A stretch of DNA of 64,000 bases from Salpingoeca rosetta (Eukaryota; Protista; Choanoflagellata). The stretch lies in the NCBI GenBank assembly GCA_033442325.1, contig JAWQFM010000002.1, positions 1,626,307 through 1,690,306 on the forward strand, read 5' to 3'. Positions 57,969 through 64,000 of the stretch are shown here, in pieces; position 1 is the first letter of the stretch, and each line of letters starts with the position of its first letter. The position numbers were made by a program, and so were the translations under genes. Below the pieces are notes generated by a model that saw nothing but the letters and a program-made list of their open reading frames with translations, did no database searches and was not told where the DNA came from.

Positions 57969-60900
57969 TTAGCGGTGGATGTTGCCGTCGTGCTGCTTGT
58001 TGTCGAGGAAGCCATAGCACATGTCCGGGTACAGCCGGCAGTACTGGAGCGTGGTGCCGCTCACAGGGATGCCACGGCGCGACAGCCGCTCGGCGTGGTC
58101 CGCAATACGCAGATCTGGTGATGGGAAGAAGTGGTTGTGTTTTGGTGGTGGTGGTGGTGGTGGTGGTGGTGATGGTGGCAATTGGTGGTGGGTGTGGTTG
58201 TGGTGAGGACAGAGATGCAATGAGGGGTCGAGAGCATGCTTCCAGTGCAAAGTGGAGAAAGCAGCGAGGGTAAACGAACAATGGCGCATGCACAGCTTGT
58301 TGCAGCACTCACTTGCTTCGCGCTGCGAGACAGTGTTGGCGTACTGCCACAGGCGAGCGCCGTATGCAGACGCGCGCGGGAAAATGCGCACGAGCGAGTT
58401 GTCGGGACCTGGTGGTGATCATGGAGGGGGAGGGGAGGAACGTGGCGTGGTGTGAGGTTGAGGTGAGAATGAAACATGTGCTGGTGTGTTTGCTGGGGTG
58501 TAACGCTGTCAGGCACGGAAGCATACGCACACATACACACACATAGACGAGTGTGTGCACCAACGCACACGCACACGCACACGCACACGCACACGCACAC
58601 GCACACGCACACGCACACGCACACGCACACGCACACGCACACGCACACGCACACGCACACGCACACGCACACGCACACGCACACGCACACGCACACGCAC
58701 ACGCACACACACACGCACACGCACATGACCGTTAGCGAACCTGCGAGCTCGCCCCAACTGCATGATTCTCCACCGAGAATGCGTGATGCGTCAGACTTTG
58801 AGACGTTAGCGAGGATGTCGTGGCTGTACATGTGCCACCACGTCTTGTATGGGTCGCACCAGGACCTGCACGTGGCATGTGGCGGCCGGTACATACATAG
58901 TGAGCACACGACGGAAGACTAACGTGTCAAGTACAACAACTGGCAGAAGCAAGAGGGGGGATGTTTGAAGCCCAACACAAACCACACACACACACACATC
59001 AAGTTTGAGGTGCGTGTGTGATCCGCCTCCACTTTCCCTCTCTCTTTGTTCACGCCCTCTTCAGTGCAACTCACGCTTGTCCAAACATGTTTCCAAGGCC
59101 GCAGTCGAGGTAGAAGTCTGTGGATGTGCTCACAATGACGTCGCTGTCGGTGTCGTTAAGAACTTCGTGTAGCGTGGCTGGCGGTCCCCACACCTGCACA
59201 ATAGCTGGGGCACGCAGAGAAGCAAGAACAGGGGCAGGGATGGAGTGTGAGTGTGGAGTGGAAGGTGCTTGAGTCGTGTGATCGTAGACAAAGGAAAGAG
59301 TGTGCACAACATGCAACGATGGGTACACATATGGGCACACGCGAAGCAGAACAGCTCACATCACGCACATGTGCAAGCAAGCAAGTGCACACGCACAACA
59401 CAACACAATACAACACAACACAACACAACACAACACAACACAACACAACACAACACAACACAACACAACACAACACAACGCACACGGACGAACTTGATTT
59501 GTCGAGGGGCAGAGGAGGGTTCTGCTTGCTGGCCTCCTCCCAATAGAGACGCTTCTTGGCTGGGGCAACGTCGTGCAGCATGTCGCGCTGGTTCTTGAAG
59601 AACGTGAGCAGCAGCTCGTTGATGGTCACGTTGTGCTCCTTGAGGTACCGCTGGACGCTTGCGTCCTGCTTCCAGCAGTTGAAGTTGATTTCGTCATAGC
59701 CAAGATGGAAGTACTCGTCGGAGAAGAGGGCCGCAACCTCCGACGTCACGTTGCGGAGCACCTGCATCATGTGCTGTGAGGCAATGTTCAGCTGCCCGCA
59801 TGGCGGCTCGTTGCAGCACTTGCCCCAGTTGCTCACGTTGGCGCACGACACGATATCGTGCAGCGTTGGCGCAAGTCCCATTGCACGCGTATGGCCGGGC
59901 GAGTCAATCTGCACAAGAATCGTGCGTGCGTGTATGTGAGTATGCATGTGCGTGTGCGTGTATGTGTGGATGCGTGTGAGTATGCATGTGTGTGAGTATA
60001 CATGTGTTTGTGTGAGTGTGTGTGCGTGTATTTGTGTGTGTGTGTGTGTGCGTGTATTTGTGTGAATTTGTGTGTGTGTGTGTGTGTGTGAGTGTGTGCG
60101 TGTATTTGCACATGTGCGAGTGGTGCATTGTGTTCACTATTTGCCATCCTTGCCGTTCACGCTTCCACTGCCACGTGAGCTCCAAAGTCACAACTCAAAC
60201 TTGGTCGCATTCTCGCTGCTGAGCAACATACCGTCATCACCTTCACCACTTCGCACCCCTGAACTACGCTACACATTCAAACACACACATACATGCAAAC
60301 GCACACACGCGCGCGTGCATATCCCATGTCCACACCTCAGGGTAGACGCGCACGCCGCGGTCTGTGGCGTACTGGATCAGCTCCCGGAAGTCGTCCTGCG
60401 AATACACCATGTCTGCCGACTGTGCGCCATGGAAGGTAATCTCAGGGTTCTGGTGCAGCTGGAGCGGGAATGCCTGCGAGTCTGTGAGGTGCACGTGGAG
60501 GATGTTGAGCTTGCTGTACATCATGCCGTCGATGATGGTTTTGATGACGGGGACGGGCAAGAACGTCCGGGCGACGTCAATCAGCAAGCCGCGGTGGCCA
60601 AACGTGGGCGCGTCCTCAATCTGCAAGGGGACATCTGCCACGTGCCACGTGCGAGCATCGTTGGGCTGCAGCGCAGAATGCAGGACAAGCTGGGAGAATG
60701 TCTCCAAGCCGCGGAGGACGCCCTCGTACGACGTTGCTGTGAGCATGGCCGTGCCGCCCGCAGGGATCTCCAGCGCGTAATCCTCGTGGTTCTTCGCCAC
60801 CCCTGGGATCGGGTGCTGCGCCGTGATCTCGATGCCAGTGAGGACGTCCCCACCGGCGAGCATGCGGGCTTTGTCCTCGCTTGTGCACGGGCCGGCGTTG

Positions 60901-61151
60901 CCGAAGATGACGTGCTTGTACAGGTCGATGGCGCGCTCCACGCCAGATGGCTGCGCCGATTTGTCCGTGAACACGAAGGTGCACGGGTTCAGCGTGGCCA
61001 CAGAGCCCGACGCTGACTTGTTCCATGTTTTCACAGGTGGCCACGGCCGCGCCGCACGCGTGCCATCATCCTGATAGCCCCGCACACCCACAACGCTCAA
61101 CACAACCACACACGCAGCCACCACCAGCACTGACACCATCGCCATCTTCAT
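57969..61151 (-). CDS. Beta-N-acetylhexosaminidase (GH20), secreted/lysosomal, 6 exons
   Basis: Signal peptide; GVLRGLETFSQL, HRGLLIDVARTF, LNILHVHLTDSQAFP, RGVRVYPE|IDSPGHT, FHLGYDE, YLDCG, LGGESCSWGE, IFPRASAYGARLW. Exons ~60335-61151, 59495-59908, 59074-59193, 58731-58864, 58313-58408, 57969-58097. Confidence 0.95.
58565..58724. repeat. (GCACAC)n hexanucleotide repeat next to a hexosaminidase intron donor
   Basis: Near-perfect GCACAC array; reads (GTGTGC)n on the pre-mRNA just after the GT at ~58730. Confidence 0.9.
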
Positions 61152-61309
61152 CGCCTCTTTCTTTTTCTTTGTTGGCTTGTTTTTGTTTGCGTTGGAGGAA
61201 GAAAGTCAAAATTGACTTTCCAAGCAACACCAACCAGAAAGGACAGCAAGCAGCAGCAACACTTTTTCTTTTCTGCGTTTGGAGGTGGAAGGCGAATTTG
61301 TGGGCAAAC

Positions 61310-63195
61310 ATGACGATGCGCACCACGATGATGCGAGACGTCGCGCTGCTTCTGGTGTTGCTGTGGCTGGGCTGCTGTGTTGCTGCCGCTGCTGCCGCTG
61401 GTGGTGGTGATGATGATGCTGGAACAGCACCGACACCCAGCGAGCCAAGGCGGAAGCCATCCTTTGTTATCTTCCTCGCTGATGATATGGGGTGCGTCAG
61501 CGTTGGAAGGGATTGGCTGGCAGATGTGTGTGAATTGTTTTGCTTTTTGTGGTTGCTGTGGTTGATCGACGACACCAAATGCATGTATCACCGCTTGATC
61601 ATCGTCTCACGTCACGTCATCTTGTTTGCTTGGTCAGATACGGTGATGTCACCTACTACGGCGCACCAACCACCCATACGGTATGTGCCCATCATGTGCT
61701 TGTGTCCCTGTCCATGTCTGCGCTGACGTGCATGTCCGTCTATGAGATGATTAAAACGGCACCGTACTCACTGGCTTGTGCGTGCCTTGCTGTTATGCGC
61801 AGCCGAACATTGACAGGATCATTCGCGAGGGCAAGGACTTTCGCCAATTCTACGCAGCAGCTTCAGGTACGTTGCAATTGCTGCGACTTCCGACTATGGG
61901 TGTTCCACTCTTCTGTGTTCCACTCTTCTGTGTTCCACTCTTCTGTGTTCCTTGCTTATTGTGGTCTGTCATGCCCACAGTCACCCAATACCTGACTGCA
62001 ACACAACTCACTCACTCTTTCACACACTCACTCACTCACTCACTCACACACACACTCACTCACTCACACACACACACACTCACTCACTCACTCACTCACA
62101 CACACACACTCACTCACTCACTCACTCACACACACACACACGCACACACACAAACACACACACACACGCACAGTGTGCTCTCCTAGCCGTGCTGGCTTGA
62201 TGACGGGTCGCGACCCCGTGCGCATGGGCATCTTCTCGCGTATTCTGCGTCCGTCGCTGCGCGTGTTCTTCCCGTGGAACACCTCCTCCATGCCCAGCAA
62301 CGAGACCACCATTGCCGGCCTCCTGAAAACAGCAAACTACACCTCCCACTACGTGGGCAAGGTGTGGCTTTGAGCGTGGTAGCATGGTGCTGTCCGTCTG
62401 TCTGTGGGAGTATGCACTTTCCTGATCACGCCACGCAACTCCACTCCACACTTACACGTGCACCACCACCACCACCACCTCCACCTTCCAAACACCACTC
62501 CTGACTGTTTGCAGTGGCACCTCGGCCATGTTAACGCACTTCCTGTGCATCGTGGATTCGACGGCTTCTTTGGCATTCCCTACTCCCATGACAGTACGTT
62601 GACAGCCACTCATCATCATCGCCACCACTATGCGTGCCGTGCCTTCACAACGCTCATAACATGCTGCTCATTAGGGAGCTCTCGCCTTTTGCCCCCCCCC
62701 CCCTCCTTGCGGCCCACGTCATGTTCTTTCCCGCTCACTTGCGGAAGACGTCACGTGGCGACGCAACACGCTGGCTCGCTCAACACCCCCCCCCCATCGT
62801 CATACATCGCTTCACCTCCCATTCCTCACCATTTTTTTCCCTTCACCATCCTTTCTCCCAAACCAACTTTGACCCGCGTGCCATTCGTTGTCCACCTCAC
62901 CACCTCAGTGTGCAGCGAGGTGTATGGTGTTGAGGACCTCCCCATCGTCAACCGCGCCGTCCCGCCGCTGCCGCTCATGCGAAATGCGGACATTCTGGAG
63001 CAACCGGCGGATTTTTCCTCCGCCACCGACCGATTCACGGACGAGGCCGTCAAGTTCGTTCACGAGCACGCGGACCAGCCGTTCTTCCTTGTTGTCAGCT
63101 ACTACCAGCCACACATCCCACATGTCACCCCGCTGCGCTACAAGTTTCACTCCCTTCGTGGCCCTTTTGGTGACAGCGTGCAGGAAATGGACGTC

Positions 63196-63245
<50 letters not shown>

Positions 63246-63258
63246 CTGTCTGTCTGGC

Positions 63259-63299
<41 letters not shown>

Positions 63300-64000
63300 G
63301 CCGATGGATGAGTTTCAATCGTTCTGCATTTCTGTACCCTGGCAGGCTGTGTTACGCCTGAGATTGCTGCTGTAATCTGTGCACAACCTGGCGCTTTCTC
63401 ACAGAGCCGCGCTGCTTCGGTGGTGCTCGCTTGTGCGCTTGCATGTGCAGCATTGGCCAGGTGATGCAAGCCATCAAGGACGCCGGCATCGACGACAACA
63501 CGCTCGTCATGGTCACCAGGTGCGGGGCGATCAAATGCAACCAACGTCACCCTTGTTCCTGCGCAGGATGCTCAACGCACTTGCCGTGACTTGTCCTGAT
63601 GGTCACTCACAATAATATCCTTTACTCGCTCACACACACACACATACACACACACTCACTCACAATGACACAATCACACACTCACTCACATACACACACA
63701 CTCACTCACTCACAATGACACAATCACAATCACAATCACAATCACAATCACAGTGACAACGGCCCGTGGGTTGACTCTGGCATTGACGGTGGATCGCCGG
63801 GCCCCATGCGCGGGGCAAAAGGGACGACGTGGGAGGGCGGCACACGCGTCGTGTCTGCATTCCGCTGGCCAGGCGTCATCGAGCCGTTAACAACAGAGAT
63901 GACCCCTGTCAGCATGATGGACCTTTTCAGCACGTTTGGTCACATTGCTGGCCTGAACGTCACGTCAACACCGGATTTCGCCACAGACTCGCACTCCTTT
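61310..64000 (+). CDS. Arylsulfatase (S1 formylglycine-dependent; ARSA/GALNS/STS-like), 3' end off window
   Basis: Signal peptide; KPSFVIFLADDMG|YGD, TPNID, VCSPSRAGLMTGR (CxPxR motif), YVGK|WHLG, HRGFDGFFGIPYSHD, PFFLVVSYYQPHIP, FGDSVQEMD, TSDNGPW, GPMRGAKGTTWEGGTRV. Confidence 0.95.

Overview
Intron-rich, GC-rich eukaryotic DNA packed with (CA)n/(GT)n microsatellites. Gene content (receptor tyrosine kinase, CARMIL, ciliary genes) suggests a unicellular holozoan, probably a choanoflagellate such as Salpingoeca; this is inference. I spliced exons by hand and recognised families from remembered motifs; no database search was run. About 15 genes in order: archease (-, 3' end off window), an intronless Q-rich orphan (+), RAB5IF/OPTI (+), WDR93-like (-), CARMIL (-), LYRM5/ETFRF1 (-), ATG2 (+), TEN1 (-), TMEM218 (-), an LRR-LDLa receptor tyrosine kinase with tandem pseudokinase(s) (+), a plant-type CASTOR/POLLUX/DMI1 ion channel (-), an F-box-like/LRR protein (+), a Tudor-knot/PHD protein (+), a GH20 beta-hexosaminidase (-) and an arylsulfatase (+, 3' end off window). 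Highlights: (1) a ~20-exon DMI1/CASTOR/POLLUX symbiosis-type channel with a variant filter (SDPGTHA) in a non-plant lineage, next to an LRR receptor kinase; (2) GT repeats after donors and CA repeats before acceptors in many introns, suggesting structure-assisted splicing; (3) a candidate bicistronic TMEM218-TEN1 locus with a 71-nt spacer; (4) an RTK with up to three kinase-like domains; (5) a head-to-head hexosaminidase/sulfatase pair.
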